Part shown: piece by piece, positions 52,971 to 63,275 of the stretch
Layout: every line of letters starts with the position of its first letter
Position numbering within the stretch: position 1 is the stretch's first letter
Assembly (NCBI GenBank): GCA_963845515.1
Contig: CAWJSR010000029.1
Location: 32,001-96,000 of the forward strand
Source of the DNA: an uncultured delta proteobacterium
GTDB lineage: Bacteria; Myxococcota; Myxococcia; Myxococcales; Anaeromyxobacteraceae
Length of the DNA: 64,000 bases
Reading direction: 5' to 3'
Notes under the pieces: generated by a model
The model's database searches: none
What the model was told of the DNA's origin: nothing
The model's input: the letters and a program-made list of their open reading frames with translations, nothing else
Translations under genes and position numbers: made by a program

Positions 52971-55078
52971 CAAGCCTTCGCCCCGCCGGCCGGCGGCAGC
53001 TCGGCCTGGATCTTGCGGAAGTCGGCGACGCCGCCGAAGAGCGCGGCCACGCGGCGAACCAGCGCGAGCCGGTTCTCCCGGAGCGCGGGGTCCTCCGCCA
53101 TGACCATGACGTCTGCGAAGAAGCGATCGACCGCGCCCTCCAGGGTCGCGACCGACATGAGGAGCGCGCCGTAGCTGCGCGAGGCGCGGTGCGCGGCCGC
53201 CTCGCCCTCGACGCGCGAGAGCTCGGCGTCGAGCCGGCGCTCCGCCTCCTCGCGGAAGAGCCCCGGATCGACCCTGCCCTGCCCCGCCCCCTTGTCCTTC
53301 TCCTGGATGTTGGCGGCGCGCTTGAACGCCACCGCGAGCGGGACGAAGTCGGGCCGGCCCTTCAGCTCGGCCAGCGCCTCCAGCCGCTTGCGGGCGTCCA
53401 CGACGTCGTCGAAGCCGGCCGCGAGGACCGCGTCCACGAGGTCGGCCGGGAAGGGCTCGCTCCACGCCGCCTTCACGCGGCCCCGGAGGTAGTCGATCAC
53501 CTGCTCGGCGACGACCGATCGATCGGCTGCCAGCTTCACTCCCTGGAGCGTGTCGAGCGTCCGCTCGACCGCCGCAGAGACCGAGAGGTGGTAGCCGCGG
53601 TCGAGCAGGATCCGGAGGATGCCGATGGCCGCCCGGCGGAGGCCGAACGGGTCGGCGGCGCCGGTGGCCTTCTCCCCCACCCCGATGATGCCGACGAGCT
53701 GGTGGAGACGATCGCCGAGCGCGACGAGCGCGCCCAGGTCCCCGCGCGGCATCTCCTCGGCGGCGCCGATCGGCTTGTAGTGGTCCTCGATCGCGTCGGC
53801 GATCTCGGGCCGGTACCCCTCGCCGCGGGCGTAGTGGCCGCCCATGATCCCCTGCAGCTCGGGGAACTCGCCGACCATGCCGGTGCCGAGGTCCGTCTTG
53901 CAGAGCCGCGCCACCTCGAGCACGTCGGCGACCAGCTCCTCCTTGCCGAGCGCCCTGGCCAGCGCCTCGGCGACGGCGCCGATCCGGTGCGTCCTGTCCA
54001 GCTCGCTCCCCAGCCTGGCCTGGTAGGTGCGCCGGCCGAGGTCCTCGATCCGGTCGCGCAGGCGGCGCTTCTTGTCCTCCTCGAAGAAGAACCGGGCGTC
54101 TGCGAGGCGCGCGCGGAGCACGCGTTCGTACCCGTGGCGCGCGACCTTCGGGTCGCGGACCGGCGTGCCGGAGACGGCGACGAACCGGTTCGTCAGGTTC
54201 CCCTTGCCGTCGACCACCGCGAAGTAGCGCTGGTGGTTCCGCATCTCGGAGACGACCACCTCGGGCGGGAGCTCCAGGTTCGACTTCTCGAACTCGCCGA
54301 CGACGGCCGTGGGGTGCTCCACGAGGTAGAGCACCTGGTCGACGAGCGACTCGTCCGGCCGGATCTTCCCGCCGGCCTTCTTCGCCGCCTTCTCCAGCTC
54401 CTTCACGACGAGGGCGCGCCGCACCTCGGGATCGACCACGACGTAGCCCTTGCCGAGCTTCGCGACGTAGTCCTCGAGCGTCCCCTTGAGCAGGATGGCC
54501 CTGGGGGCCATGAAGCGGTGGCCGTACGTCAACTTGCCGCCGCGCACCTCGCCGAACCCGACGCGGACCGGCTTCCCGCCGTACAGGGCGGCCAGCCAGC
54601 GGACCGGCCGGGCGAAGGTCACCTCGTCGTACCGGGAGCGCATCGCCTTGCGGAACTTGAGCCCCGCGATGAGCCTGTCCAGCAGGGCCGGAAGAATCGC
54701 CTCGGTCTTCTTCCCCTTCTCGACCCGCGTCACCGCGAGCCGCTCGCCCTTCGGCGTCACGGCCCGCTCGAGCGCGGAGACCTCCACCCCCTGCCCCTTC
54801 GCGAAGCCGATGGCAGCCGGCGTCGGCTTCCCCTCGGCGTCGAAGGCCTGGGCCACCGGCGGACCGAGCGCCTCGGTCTTCGCGTCGACGGCTTTGGGGG
54901 CGACGTCGCGAGCGCAGACGAAGAGCCGCCGCGGCGAGCCGAGCGAAACGACCTCGCCGTGGGCGAGGCGAGCCTCCGCCAGCGCCTTCGTTAGGTCCTG
55001 CTTCAGTTGCTGCAGCGCCGGGGGCATGAAGCCTGCCGGGATCTCCTCGGCGCCGATCTCTAGAATCAGGTCCGCCAT
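52970..55078 (-). CDS. glyS: Glycine--tRNA ligase beta subunit
   Basis: [28 protein letters not shown] and DPFGLRR. Confidence 0.96.
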   Translation of the reverse strand: MADLILEIGAEEIPAGFMPPALQQLKQDLTKALAEARLAHGEVVSLGSPRRLFVCARDVAPKAVDAKTEALGPPVAQAFDAEGKPTPAAIGFAKGQGVEVSALERAVTPKGERLAVTRVEKGKKTEAILPALLDRLIAGLKFRKAMRSRYDEVTFARPVRWLAALYGGKPVRVGFGEVRGGKLTYGHRFMAPRAILLKGTLEDYVAKLGKGYVVVDPEVRRALVVKELEKAAKKAGGKIRPDESLVDQVLYLVEHPTAVVGEFEKSNLELPPEVVVSEMRNHQRYFAVVDGKGNLTNRFVAVSGTPVRDPKVARHGYERVLRARLADARFFFEEDKKRRLRDRIEDLGRRTYQARLGSELDRTHRIGAVAEALARALGKEELVADVLEVARLCKTDLGTGMVGEFPELQGIMGGHYARGEGYRPEIADAIEDHYKPIGAAEEMPRGDLGALVALGDRLHQLVGIIGVGEKATGAADPFGLRRAAIGILRILLDRGYHLSVSAAVERTLDTLQGVKLAADRSVVAEQVIDYLRGRVKAAWSEPFPADLVDAVLAAGFDDVVDARKRLEALAELKGRPDFVPLAVAFKRAANIQEKDKGAGQGRVDPGLFREEAERRLDAELSRVEGEAAAHRASRSYGALLMSVATLEGAVDRFFADVMVMAEDPALRENRLALVRRVAALFGGVADFRKIQAELPPAGGAKA

Positions 55079-55080
55079 GG

Positions 55081-56027
55081 CTACGGCCACCTTCCCTTCG
55101 CGCGCTTCGCGCTCTGCGCTCGCCGCGGCCGCCGCCTCCACGCGCCGCCTTGCGCTGCGCAGGCGGCAGCATCGGGAAGCCGAGCGTCTCGCGCGAGTCC
55201 AGGTAGCCGCGCGCGCAGAGGTGCGCGAGCGCCCGGACCCGGCCGATGTAGGCCGCGCGCTCGGTGACGCTGATCGCGCCCCGCGCGTCGAGGTTGTTGA
55301 AGGTGTGCGAGCACTTCAGGCAGTAGTCGTAGGCCGGCAGCGGCAGCTTCAGCCCGATGAGCCGCTTGCACTCCGCCTCGTAGGTGTCGAAGAGGCCGAA
55401 GAGCATCTTCGGATCCGACGCGCGGAAGCTGTACTCGCTCATCTCCACCTCGTTCCGGTGGAAGACCTCGCGGTACTTGACCCCCTTCACCCACTCGATG
55501 TCGAAGACGTTCTCGACGTCCTGCAGGTACATGGCGATCCGCTCGAGCCCGTAGGTCAGCTCCGCAGCGACCGGGCGGATCTCGAAGCCGCCCGCCTGCT
55601 GGAAGTAGGTGTACTGGGTGATCTCCATCCCGTCGCACCAGACCTCCCAGCCGAGCCCCCAGGCGCCCAGCGTCGGGCTCTCCCAGTCGTCCTCGACGAA
55701 GCGGATGTCGTGCGCGCGCGGATCGATCCCGATCGCCTTCAGCGACCCGAGGTAGATCTCCTGCACGTCCGGCGGGTTTGGCTTGAGGATCACCTGGAAC
55801 TGGTGGTGCTGATAGAGCCGGTTGGGGTTCTCGCCGTAGCGGCCGTCGTTCGGGCGCCTGGACGGCTCCACGTAGGCCACGTTCCACGGCTCGGGGCCGA
55901 GGACCCGCAGGTAGGTCGCCGGGTTCATGGTCCCCGCGCCGACCTCGAGGTCGTAGCCCTGGGCGAGGATGCAGCCCCGCTTGGCCCAGTACTGCTGCAG
56001 GGTGAGGATGAGGTCCTGGAACGTCAC
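55081..56027 (-). CDS. glyQ: Glycine--tRNA ligase alpha subunit (3' end ambiguous, no in-frame stop as assembled)
   Basis: [32 protein letters not shown] and [12 protein letters not shown]. Confidence 0.95.
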
Positions 56028-56124
56028 TGACGCCTCCGAATTCGGCCGCGAGTGCGCGCGCCGGATCGCGCACGGTAGGGTGCGCCGGCCCCCGAAGTCA
56101 AACGGGAATTGGGCTCGATTCCGG

Positions 56125-56895
56125 TCATTCCTGCGAGAGGAGCGGCCCCACCTCATCGAGGAACTTCCTGCTCGCCAACCGCCTTCCCAGCAGGTGTTCC
56201 ACGAACCGGGTGAGCGCCTCCCGCGCCTCGCGCCCCGCGGGTGGCGCGAGCGGCTCGGCAGCTGCTGCGGCGAGGCCGCCGGCCTGCAGCCGCAGGAGCG
56301 CCGCCACCGTCGCGGGCGAGAGGGCCGGGAGCCCTCCGCCGCCCTGCGGCTCGCAGGACGCGCAGAGGAGCCCGCCGTGCGACGGGTCGAGCCGCGCGAC
56401 GCGATCCCCGATGGCTGCCCCGCAGCGCGCGCAGCCGTCGAGCCGCGGCATGAACCCTGCCGCCGCCAGCGCTCCCAGCTCGTAGGCACGGAGCGCGGCG
56501 GGGCGAGGTGACGCCGCGTCGAGCACGCCGAGGAAGGCGGCGAGCAGGTCGAAGAGCTCGGGGTGGGGCTCCGCGTCGCGCACCAGCTCGCTGGCCAGCT
56601 CGGTCGCGTAACCGGCGACCGCGATGCGGGAGAGCTCCGACCGGATGGCTCCGTGCGCACGGAGCGCGCTGGCCGACTCGAGCCCGAGCAGGTCTCCCCG
56701 CCGATCGGTCAGCTCCGCCGCCAGCAGCGTGAAGGGCTCGAGCAGCCCCTGGAAGCGGCGGCGCGACGCGCGCGCGCCGCGGGCGAAGGCGCCGACCTTC
56801 CCACGCTCGCGCGTCAGGAGCGTCACGATCCGGTCCGACTCGCCGTAGTCCACGGCGCGCAGGACGATCCCCTCCACCTTGACCCTGGATGCCAT
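56125..56895 (-). CDS. recO: DNA repair protein RecO
   Basis: [14 protein letters not shown] and CARC/CASC zinc finger; upstream of glyQ. Confidence 0.93.
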   Translation of the reverse strand: MASRVKVEGIVLRAVDYGESDRIVTLLTRERGKVGAFARGARASRRRFQGLLEPFTLLAAELTDRRGDLLGLESASALRAHGAIRSELSRIAVAGYATELASELVRDAEPHPELFDLLAAFLGVLDAASPRPAALRAYELGALAAAGFMPRLDGCARCGAAIGDRVARLDPSHGGLLCASCEPQGGGGLPALSPATVAALLRLQAGGLAAAAAEPLAPPAGREAREALTRFVEHLLGRRLASRKFLDEVGPLLSQE

Positions 56896-56907
56896 CGCCC
56901 GCTCCGA

Positions 56908-57285
56908 TCAGGGCGAGCGGAGCGTCAGCCAGGCGACGGCAGCGACGATCAACGCCGCCGCGAGCGCCACGCCGATGGCCACCGCGACGCCGCCGGAGCG
57001 CTGGGGAGCGCGTTCGCTGCGGGGCCCGACCGCCTCCTCGTAGCGCAGGACGACCTCGTCCGGGTCGAGCCCGACCGCCGCCGCGTAGCCCCGGAGGTAG
57101 ACGACGACGTAGGCCCGGTGTGGCGTCCGCTCGGGATCGCCGGACTCGATCGCCTCGATGGCCGAGGCCGGCAGCCTGGTCGCCCTGACCACGTCGTCGC
57201 GCGAGAGACCGCGGAGCTCGCGCTCCTGTGCGAGGTGGCGTCCGAAGGCCACGAGCCCCTCGGCGATCTGTTCCTGATCTGCCAC
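56908..57285 (-). CDS. Short RodZ-like HTH protein with C-terminal TM helix
   Basis: RELRGLS, IEAIESG, YLRGYAAAVGLD and a hydrophobic tail. Confidence 0.8.
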   Translation of the reverse strand: MADQEQIAEGLVAFGRHLAQERELRGLSRDDVVRATRLPASAIEAIESGDPERTPHRAYVVVYLRGYAAAVGLDPDEVVLRYEEAVGPRSERAPQRSGGVAVAIGVALAAALIVAAVAWLTLRSP

Positions 57286-57299
57286 TGGCGCTTCCGGGA

Positions 57300-58058
57300 T
57301 CACTGCTGGAGCAGCTCCAGGCTCTTGCGGCACTCCTCGCCCACCACCGAGCCGGTACCGAGCTGGACGCAGCGATCGAACTCCAGGCGCGCCTTCTCCG
57401 CGTCGCCCGCCTTCATCTGGGCGGAGCCGAGCTGGTAGTGGGCGTCGGCGACCTTGTCGCAGTGACGCGCGTAGGCCTCGTACTCCTCGAGCGCGTCCTT
57501 CACCTTCCCGGCGTCGAGCAGGATCCCACCGAGGGTGCGATGGCCCGCGCAGTAGGACGGCGCCGCCCGGAGGCACGCGCGCATCTCCGCCAGCCCCTCC
57601 TCCTTGCGGGAGGCCGCGTAGAGCGCCAGCCCCTTGTTCATCCGCGCGATCCACGGCTCCCGGTAGCTCATCTCCGCGAGGGCCGCGTCGAAGGACCTGA
57701 TCGCCTCGTCGATCCGGCCCGTCCGCGCGAGGACCTGACCCAGGTTGTTCAGGGCCTCGGGGAAGGCCGGGTTCAGCGCGATGGCCCTGCGATAGGAGCG
57801 CTCCGCGTCGGCGTCCTTGCCGAAGGCCCGCTCCAGCACGACCCCACGTCCGAGCCAGGCGTCCGGGTACGAGTCGTCGATCTCGATGGCGGCGTCGAAC
57901 TGCTTCAGCGCCTCCGTGGCGCGCCCGGCGCGGAGCGCCTCCATGCCCAGGGCGTGTTGGAGCTCGGCGTCCTGCCGCTCCCGGCTCGATGGCCCATGTG
58001 CACAGGCGGCCAGGAGGAGTGGAGCGAGCGCCGCGAGCTGCAGGAGTCTATTGGGCAT
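57300..58058 (-). CDS. tgl: TPR lipoprotein, Tgl/PilF-like secretin pilotin
   Basis: LAAC lipobox, TPR repeats, paired C-terminal cysteines, 252 aa, myxobacterial locus context. Confidence 0.78.
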   Translation of the reverse strand: MPNRLLQLAALAPLLLAACAHGPSSRERQDAELQHALGMEALRAGRATEALKQFDAAIEIDDSYPDAWLGRGVVLERAFGKDADAERSYRRAIALNPAFPEALNNLGQVLARTGRIDEAIRSFDAALAEMSYREPWIARMNKGLALYAASRKEEGLAEMRACLRAAPSYCAGHRTLGGILLDAGKVKDALEEYEAYARHCDKVADAHYQLGSAQMKAGDAEKARLEFDRCVQLGTGSVVGEECRKSLELLQQ

Positions 58059-58060
58059 GG

Positions 58061-58537
58061 TCAGAAGGAGGCCAGGAACCGGGCTATTGCCGCGCCCTCG
58101 CCGGCGTCGGCCCGCTCGGACGTACCACCGATGGCCGGCGAAGCCGAGGGCGGACGCGGCGGGTGGAAGAGCGGGATGCGCTTCATCGTCTCGTCCTGGG
58201 CGGGCCCGGCGAGGTCGCGGAAGTTCAGGTTGTCGAGCATGAAGCCCATCGACTCGAGGAAGTGGAGCCCCTCGATCTCGAGGTCGCGGTAGGCCTCGAC
58301 GGCGACGTGCCGGTCGTCGTGGAGGTAGACGACGTTCTCGCCCGACTTCGTCAGGTGCAGCCCGACGAAGATCGAGAAGGTGCCGTTGGCGTTCCGGATC
58401 CCCACCAGCCAGCCCTCCACCTGCTGCGGCGACTTTCCGGGGATGGAGACCTGCGGCTGGTTGATGCTCTCGACGATCGCGACGATCTGCTCCTTCGTCA
58501 CGGGGACGTGGGTGATTCCCTCTTCCGGTTGGAACAT
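58061..58537 (-). CDS. Conserved tgl-associated hypothetical protein
   Basis: SINQPQVSIPGK and FLESMGFMLDN resemble the protein I recall upstream of tgl in myxobacteria. Confidence 0.65.
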   Translation of the reverse strand: MFQPEEGITHVPVTKEQIVAIVESINQPQVSIPGKSPQQVEGWLVGIRNANGTFSIFVGLHLTKSGENVVYLHDDRHVAVEAYRDLEIEGLHFLESMGFMLDNLNFRDLAGPAQDETMKRIPLFHPPRPPSASPAIGGTSERADAGEGAAIARFLASF

Positions 58538-58562
58538 CCGCCCCTCCCCTGACTCAGCTGAC

Positions 58563-59246
58563 TCAGCGCGCCTCGACGACGTACTCTTCGTTGCGATCGT
58601 CCGTGTCCGCGGCGGTCCGCGTCATCACGACGAGCGGTGAGTCGATCATGACGTGGTCCCCACCGACGTTTCCCTCGCCGATGACCACCTTCATCCAGAC
58701 GTCCCGCGTGTAATAGCGCCGCTCCCCGGCGATGGCCTTCTTCGCGGCGAGGAACACACGGTTCTGGCCGGGACGGAAGTACTTGGTCACCTCCACCGGG
58801 AGCGCGCCATCGGTCCCCTGGATCTTCCGGATCCACTGGGCGTTGACGAAGACGTCGATCTCGTACTGCGTCCCACCCTCGACCGACTGCTCCGCGACGA
58901 GGAAGTAGCGCCGGGAGAGACGACCCGGCGCCGACTGGGTCGTCCCCGCAGCATAACCGTTCGCGGGAGCTCCGGTGAAGCCGCCGGCGGGTTGCCCCTG
59001 CCCGCCCTGCCCGCCCTGCGGGCTCGCGGGCGGTCCGGCGCGAACGCCGTCACCGCCCTCGACCTTCACCGCATAGCCCTTGGCCTCGATCCGGACGTTG
59101 CCCCGATCGTCGATGACCACCGTGCAGTTGTCGAACCGCTGCCCGGTGACGCCGTCGATGTTGACGCCGTTCAGGTAGACGGCTGCCCACGCAGGCGCGG
59201 CAGCGCAGGCCACGGCTGCGACGAGCAGAGTTCCAAGTTGGCGCAT
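58563..59246 (-). CDS. Hypothetical secreted protein
   Basis: Signal peptide ending AWA; VYLNGVNIDG; Gly/Gln linker and beta-rich C-domain. Confidence 0.75.
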   Translation of the reverse strand: MRQLGTLLVAAVACAAAPAWAAVYLNGVNIDGVTGQRFDNCTVVIDDRGNVRIEAKGYAVKVEGGDGVRAGPPASPQGGQGGQGQPAGGFTGAPANGYAAGTTQSAPGRLSRRYFLVAEQSVEGGTQYEIDVFVNAQWIRKIQGTDGALPVEVTKYFRPGQNRVFLAAKKAIAGERRYYTRDVWMKVVIGEGNVGGDHVMIDSPLVVMTRTAADTDDRNEEYVVEAR

Positions 59247-59368
59247 CTTAAGGACTTTCTAGCCCCGACCGGCAGCCCCCGTCAAGGGCGCGGCCGGCTG
59301 GGAGCAGGCGCCGCACCCCACACCTGCGACGTCCGGGATGGCGGGCATATTCCCCGAAAAAGGGCGCG

Positions 59369-60001
59369 TCAGACGCCGCGGGTCTCGGCGCCCCAAAGGA
59401 CCTTGTGGAGCTGAAGGCTCAGCCTCGCGTCGAGCCCCGAGGCGAGCAGCCAGCCGGCCAGCTCTCTGGGATCGACCCTGCCCCAGACCGCGCTGAAGAG
59501 GATCGCGCACCGCCCCTCGAGCCGGCGCGACCGGATCACCTCGGCCGACCAGCGGAAGTCCTCCTCCGAGGTGACGACGAACTTCACCTCGTCATGGGGC
59601 GCGAGCCGCTCCAGCCAGCCGAGCCCGGTGGCAGGGTTGCCCGAGCCGGGGGTCTTCACGTCGGCGATCCGGATCGCCTCTCGCGGCAGGGAGTCCAGTG
59701 GCGCCTGCCCGTGCGTCTCGACGGCCACCTCGTAGCCAGCGGCGAGCAGGTCGCGCGCCAGCTCCGGGAGCTCCCGCTGCAGCATCGGCTCGCCGCCGGT
59801 GAGCAGGACGAAGCGGCAGGGGTAGCGGGCGACCTCCGTGAGGATCTCGGCGCGAGAGCGCTCCTCTCCACCCTGGAAGGCGTACGCGCTGTCGCAGTAG
59901 ACGCAGCGCAGATCGCAGCCGGTGAACCGGACGAAGACGCACGGCCGGCCGGCGCGCGTCCCCTCACCCTGGAGGCTGAAGAAGATCTCGGTGACCCGCA
60001 T
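59369..60001 (-). CDS. queE: 7-carboxy-7-deazaguanine synthase (radical SAM)
   Basis: EIFFSLQGEG, GCDLRCVYCD, LTGGEP and LQLHK. Confidence 0.9.
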   Translation of the reverse strand: MRVTEIFFSLQGEGTRAGRPCVFVRFTGCDLRCVYCDSAYAFQGGEERSRAEILTEVARYPCRFVLLTGGEPMLQRELPELARDLLAAGYEVAVETHGQAPLDSLPREAIRIADVKTPGSGNPATGLGWLERLAPHDEVKFVVTSEEDFRWSAEVIRSRRLEGRCAILFSAVWGRVDPRELAGWLLASGLDARLSLQLHKVLWGAETRGV

Positions 60002-60067
60002 CGGCGCTGGTTCTATCCCGGCGCGCGCTGCGAAGCACTCCCCCCGACGGTGGCGCCCGCCGGGCGG

Positions 60068-60862
60068 TCAGCGAGCTGGAGAGGGAACGCTCGCGTCGGC
60101 CACGGCCGTGGCAGGCTCCAGGCCGAAAGAGCGGCGGAGCCTGCGGCGCTCCGCGAACACGCGATCGGGGTAAGTCCAGAACCGGTCCGGGATCCTCCCC
60201 TGCTGGAGGTGCCTGCCGATCCGATTCGGCCCGGCGTTGTACGCCATCAGGGCGCGATCCTCGCGCTCGAAGACCTCGAGCAGCCTGCGGAAGTAGCGGA
60301 TGCCGAGCCGCACGTTGACCACCGGATCCTGCGGGTCGCCAGCCGCGATCCCGTGGCGCGCCGCCTCGTGGGCCATCGTCGCCGGGCGGAGCTGCATCAG
60401 CCCGCGCGCGCCGCGCGAGCTCTCGGCGCGGAAGTCGAAGCCGGACTCGACGTCTATGATCGCGGCCGACAGCAGCGGGTCGAGCCCCGCCACCCTGGAC
60501 TCCTCGACCAGGGCGCGCGCGACGCGTCGGCGGACGAGCTCCGGCAGCTCCGGAGAGCGCTCCTCGATCAGCGCCTCCATGCGCGCGCTCCACCCCTCGG
60601 GGCCCGGATCCGGGCAGGGCTGGCCGAAGCGGCAGGTGGGGATCTCGGCCTCGGCCATCGCGATCTGCCGGCGCCCGTCGACGGCGCTGCGGGGGGCGGC
60701 GAGGAGCACGATGAACGCGACCGCGCTCAGCGCCAGGACGACGCGCCCCTGCCGTCGGCGTCGAACGAAGCCGTTCGGCCTTCCCGCTTCGGCAAGCTGT
60801 CTGGCACCGTCCAAACGCATGTTCTCGGCTCTCACCCCAAGGACCTCATGCTTCAAGTCCAT
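60068..60862 (-). CDS. Lytic transglycosylase (SLT domain) with N-terminal TM anchor (start uncertain)
   Basis: IIDVES, GARGLMQ and AYNAG. Confidence 0.88.
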   Translation of the reverse strand: MDLKHEVLGVRAENMRLDGARQLAEAGRPNGFVRRRRQGRVVLALSAVAFIVLLAAPRSAVDGRRQIAMAEAEIPTCRFGQPCPDPGPEGWSARMEALIEERSPELPELVRRRVARALVEESRVAGLDPLLSAAIIDVESGFDFRAESSRGARGLMQLRPATMAHEAARHGIAAGDPQDPVVNVRLGIRYFRRLLEVFEREDRALMAYNAGPNRIGRHLQQGRIPDRFWTYPDRVFAERRRLRRSFGLEPATAVADASVPSPAR

Positions 60863-60984
60863 CCGCCGCGCACGTCAGGCAACCCTGGGAGCCTTTCGGG
60901 GGTGCTCGCGCCGCGGCCCGGCCACCGCGCTGTCGGCGCGGCAACCTGCGACAAATACATTCGTCGTTATCGGTAATTGGCGGT

Positions 60985-62067
60985 TTACGCCGCCCCGTTG
61001 CGATGGTCCGCTCCGACCGCGTCGGCGATCCGCTGGAACCCATCGTGGGCCATGTGCTTCACGAGCCCCTCGTTGATCTTTCGCACGAAGGAGGGGCCCG
61101 CATAGATGAGCCCTGTATAGGCCTGAACCAGGGTAGCCCCCGCCCGGATCTTCGCCCAGGCATCGGCCGCGTTCATCACGCCGCCTGCGCCGATGATCGG
61201 CACGCGCCCCCGCGCCCTGGCGTAGGCACGCCTGACGCAGGCGGTCGCGAGCGGCTCGAGCGGCGCTCCCGACAGCCCCCCCTGCTCGCGGGCGATCGGG
61301 TTCGACTCGAGCCCCGGCCGGGAGAGGGTGGTGTTGGTGGCGATGATCCCGCCTGCCCCGGCCTCGATGGCCACGTCCACCGCCTCGTCGAAGGCCTCCG
61401 GCTCGAGGTCGGGCGCCAGCTTGAGCAGCAGCGGCTTGCCCGGCGCCACCTGGGCGATCCGGGCGGCGCAAGCGCGGATCAGCTTCTCGAGGGCTCCCCG
61501 CTCCTGGAGCGCCCGGAGCCCGGGGGTATTGGGAGAGGAGATGTTGACCACGAGGTAGTCGGCTTGCCCGTGGAGCGCGTCGATGCAGGCGAGGTAGTCG
61601 TCCACCGCGCTCTCGTTCGGCGTCGTCTTGTTCTTCCCGACGTTGACGCCCACCGGGCCGATGCGGGCGGCCGCCGGCGCCGCAGCGAGCCTGCGCGCGC
61701 AGACCGCGGCCCCCGCGTTGTTGAACCCCATCCGGTTGACGAGCGCCCTGGCCTCCGGAATCCGGAAGAGTCGCGGCCGGTCGTTCCCGGCCTGCGGCCG
61801 CGGCGTGATGGTCCCGATCTCGACGTGCGAGAAGCCGAGCGCGAAGAGGGCCGCGAGGTGCGCGTCCCCCTTGTCGAAGCCTGCCGCGAGCCCGATGGGC
61901 GAGTCGAACCGGAGCCCCAGGCACTCGACGGCGAGCGTGGGCGCGGGGGCGTGACGCTGGAGGCGCGCCATGCCAGGGGTGACGAGCCCGAAGGCGGCGT
62001 GTGCGAGACCGTGAGCGGTCTCGGCATCCAGCCGGAAGAGGGCCGAGCGCAGGAGGGACCAGGACAT
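60985..62067 (-). CDS. pyrD: Quinone-dependent dihydroorotate dehydrogenase
   Basis: LAAGFDK, NRMGFNN, NISSPNTPG and GGLSG. Confidence 0.95.
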   Translation of the reverse strand: MSWSLLRSALFRLDAETAHGLAHAAFGLVTPGMARLQRHAPAPTLAVECLGLRFDSPIGLAAGFDKGDAHLAALFALGFSHVEIGTITPRPQAGNDRPRLFRIPEARALVNRMGFNNAGAAVCARRLAAAPAAARIGPVGVNVGKNKTTPNESAVDDYLACIDALHGQADYLVVNISSPNTPGLRALQERGALEKLIRACAARIAQVAPGKPLLLKLAPDLEPEAFDEAVDVAIEAGAGGIIATNTTLSRPGLESNPIAREQGGLSGAPLEPLATACVRRAYARARGRVPIIGAGGVMNAADAWAKIRAGATLVQAYTGLIYAGPSFVRKINEGLVKHMAHDGFQRIADAVGADHRNGAA

Positions 62068-62079
62068 GGGAGCGGGTTC

Positions 62080-62565
62080 CTACACCAATCGCTGGCCGAG
62101 GACGAGCGACATGAGGACGGCGTCCTCACCGTCCTGGTAGTAGCGGCGCCGGATGGTGTCGTGGATGAAGCCCAGCGCCCGGTAGAGCGCGATGGCGGGG
62201 GCGTTGGAGGTTCGAACCTCCAGCATCGCACGGGTGGCGCCGCGGCGGACGCCGTCGGCCAGCGCCTCCTCCATGAGCGCCCGCGCCAGGCCGCGCCTGC
62301 GCGCCTCCGGCGCCGTCGCCACGTCCAGGACGTGCAGCTCGTCGTGGATGACCCAGTAGACGATGAAGCCGTCGATCCGCGCGGCGGTCCCGACGTCCTG
62401 CGCCGACTCCGCGCAGAGCAGCGAGGAGTACGCCCGCCCGAGCTCGCTGCGAAGCTGCGCCTCGGACCACGGGTGCGCGTGCGCGGCCTGCTCGATCTCC
62501 AGGAGGCGTGCCACGTCCGGCTCCGCGGCGAGCCGGAGCCGGATGCGAGGGTCGGCGCCGGTCAC
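62080..62565 (-). CDS. rimI: RimI-like GNAT acetyltransferase
   Basis: RRRGLA, LEVRTSNAPAIALY..LGF and RRRYYQDGEDA. Confidence 0.88.
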   Translation of the reverse strand: MTGADPRIRLRLAAEPDVARLLEIEQAAHAHPWSEAQLRSELGRAYSSLLCAESAQDVGTAARIDGFIVYWVIHDELHVLDVATAPEARRRGLARALMEEALADGVRRGATRAMLEVRTSNAPAIALYRALGFIHDTIRRRYYQDGEDAVLMSLVLGQRLV

Positions 62566-63224
62566 TCGGAGGGAACCTCGGCAGGCGGCACCAGGATCCG
62601 GACCGTGGCGCGCGCCCTCAGCTCGCCGACGATCTTCTTCACCTCCCCCGCCAGCCGCAGCTCCGACAGGTGCGCGCGGACCTCGTCCCTCGCGGGGCTG
62701 GCCCCGGTCCCGACCCCGCGAGCACGCAGGTACTCGTCTATCTCCGCCTCCCCTACCCTGACCGACTGCCCGACCCTTCCTTCCACGAACCGCTGCACGC
62801 GCAGGCTCCGCGAGAGCGTGACCAGCAGCTCGTCGTCGGCGAGGTCGTTCAGCGAGAGGAAGCGCGCGTACTCGGCCTGCGACGCGAAGCGCGATCGGAA
62901 GCGGAGGAGCTCCAGGACGGCCTCCTCGCGCCCGACCTCGGCGACCAGGAGCCGGTCGGCCTCCTCGGCCACCAGCGTCTGGTCGATCAGCCACTCGAGC
63001 GCGGCCGTGAGCGCCTGGCCGTCGAGCGGACCGAAGGCGGCCTCGGTTGCGCCCCGCGCGACCAGCGCCACGCGCGCCTCCTCGCGGAGCCGCGTGAGCG
63101 TGATCGGACGGACCGGACGGATCGAGGACGCCTGGACCGTCGCCACCATCGCCTCGACGATCCGCCCCGGGCCGCTCGCCGGTTCGGCGGCGAGCGCAGC
63201 GGCGGCGAGCAGGAGCAGGAGCAT
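62562..63224 (-). CDS. Secreted protein with SurA N-terminal-like domain
   Basis: Signal peptide; IVEAMVATV, LEWLIDQTLV and ELRARATVRIL; TACAAT -10 at 63231-63236. Confidence 0.6.
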   Translation of the reverse strand: MLLLLLAAAALAAEPASGPGRIVEAMVATVQASSIRPVRPITLTRLREEARVALVARGATEAAFGPLDGQALTAALEWLIDQTLVAEEADRLLVAEVGREEAVLELLRFRSRFASQAEYARFLSLNDLADDELLVTLSRSLRVQRFVEGRVGQSVRVGEAEIDEYLRARGVGTGASPARDEVRAHLSELRLAGEVKKIVGELRARATVRILVPPAEVPSE

Positions 63225-63275
63225 CGGGGCATTGTAAGGCATTGACGCGCGCGCAGGCGGCGTTACGGTGTCCCC

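Noticed and set aside
51651..56660. 1669-aa ORF suggesting a giant GlyQ-lipoprotein fusion
   Set aside because: It results from the missing glyQ stop; the middle is an Arg/Gly-rich shadow frame over glyS.
59369..60001. queE as part of a 7-deazaguanine DNA modification (dpd) island
   Set aside because: No dpdA/tgt-like or other dpd genes nearby; housekeeping context.
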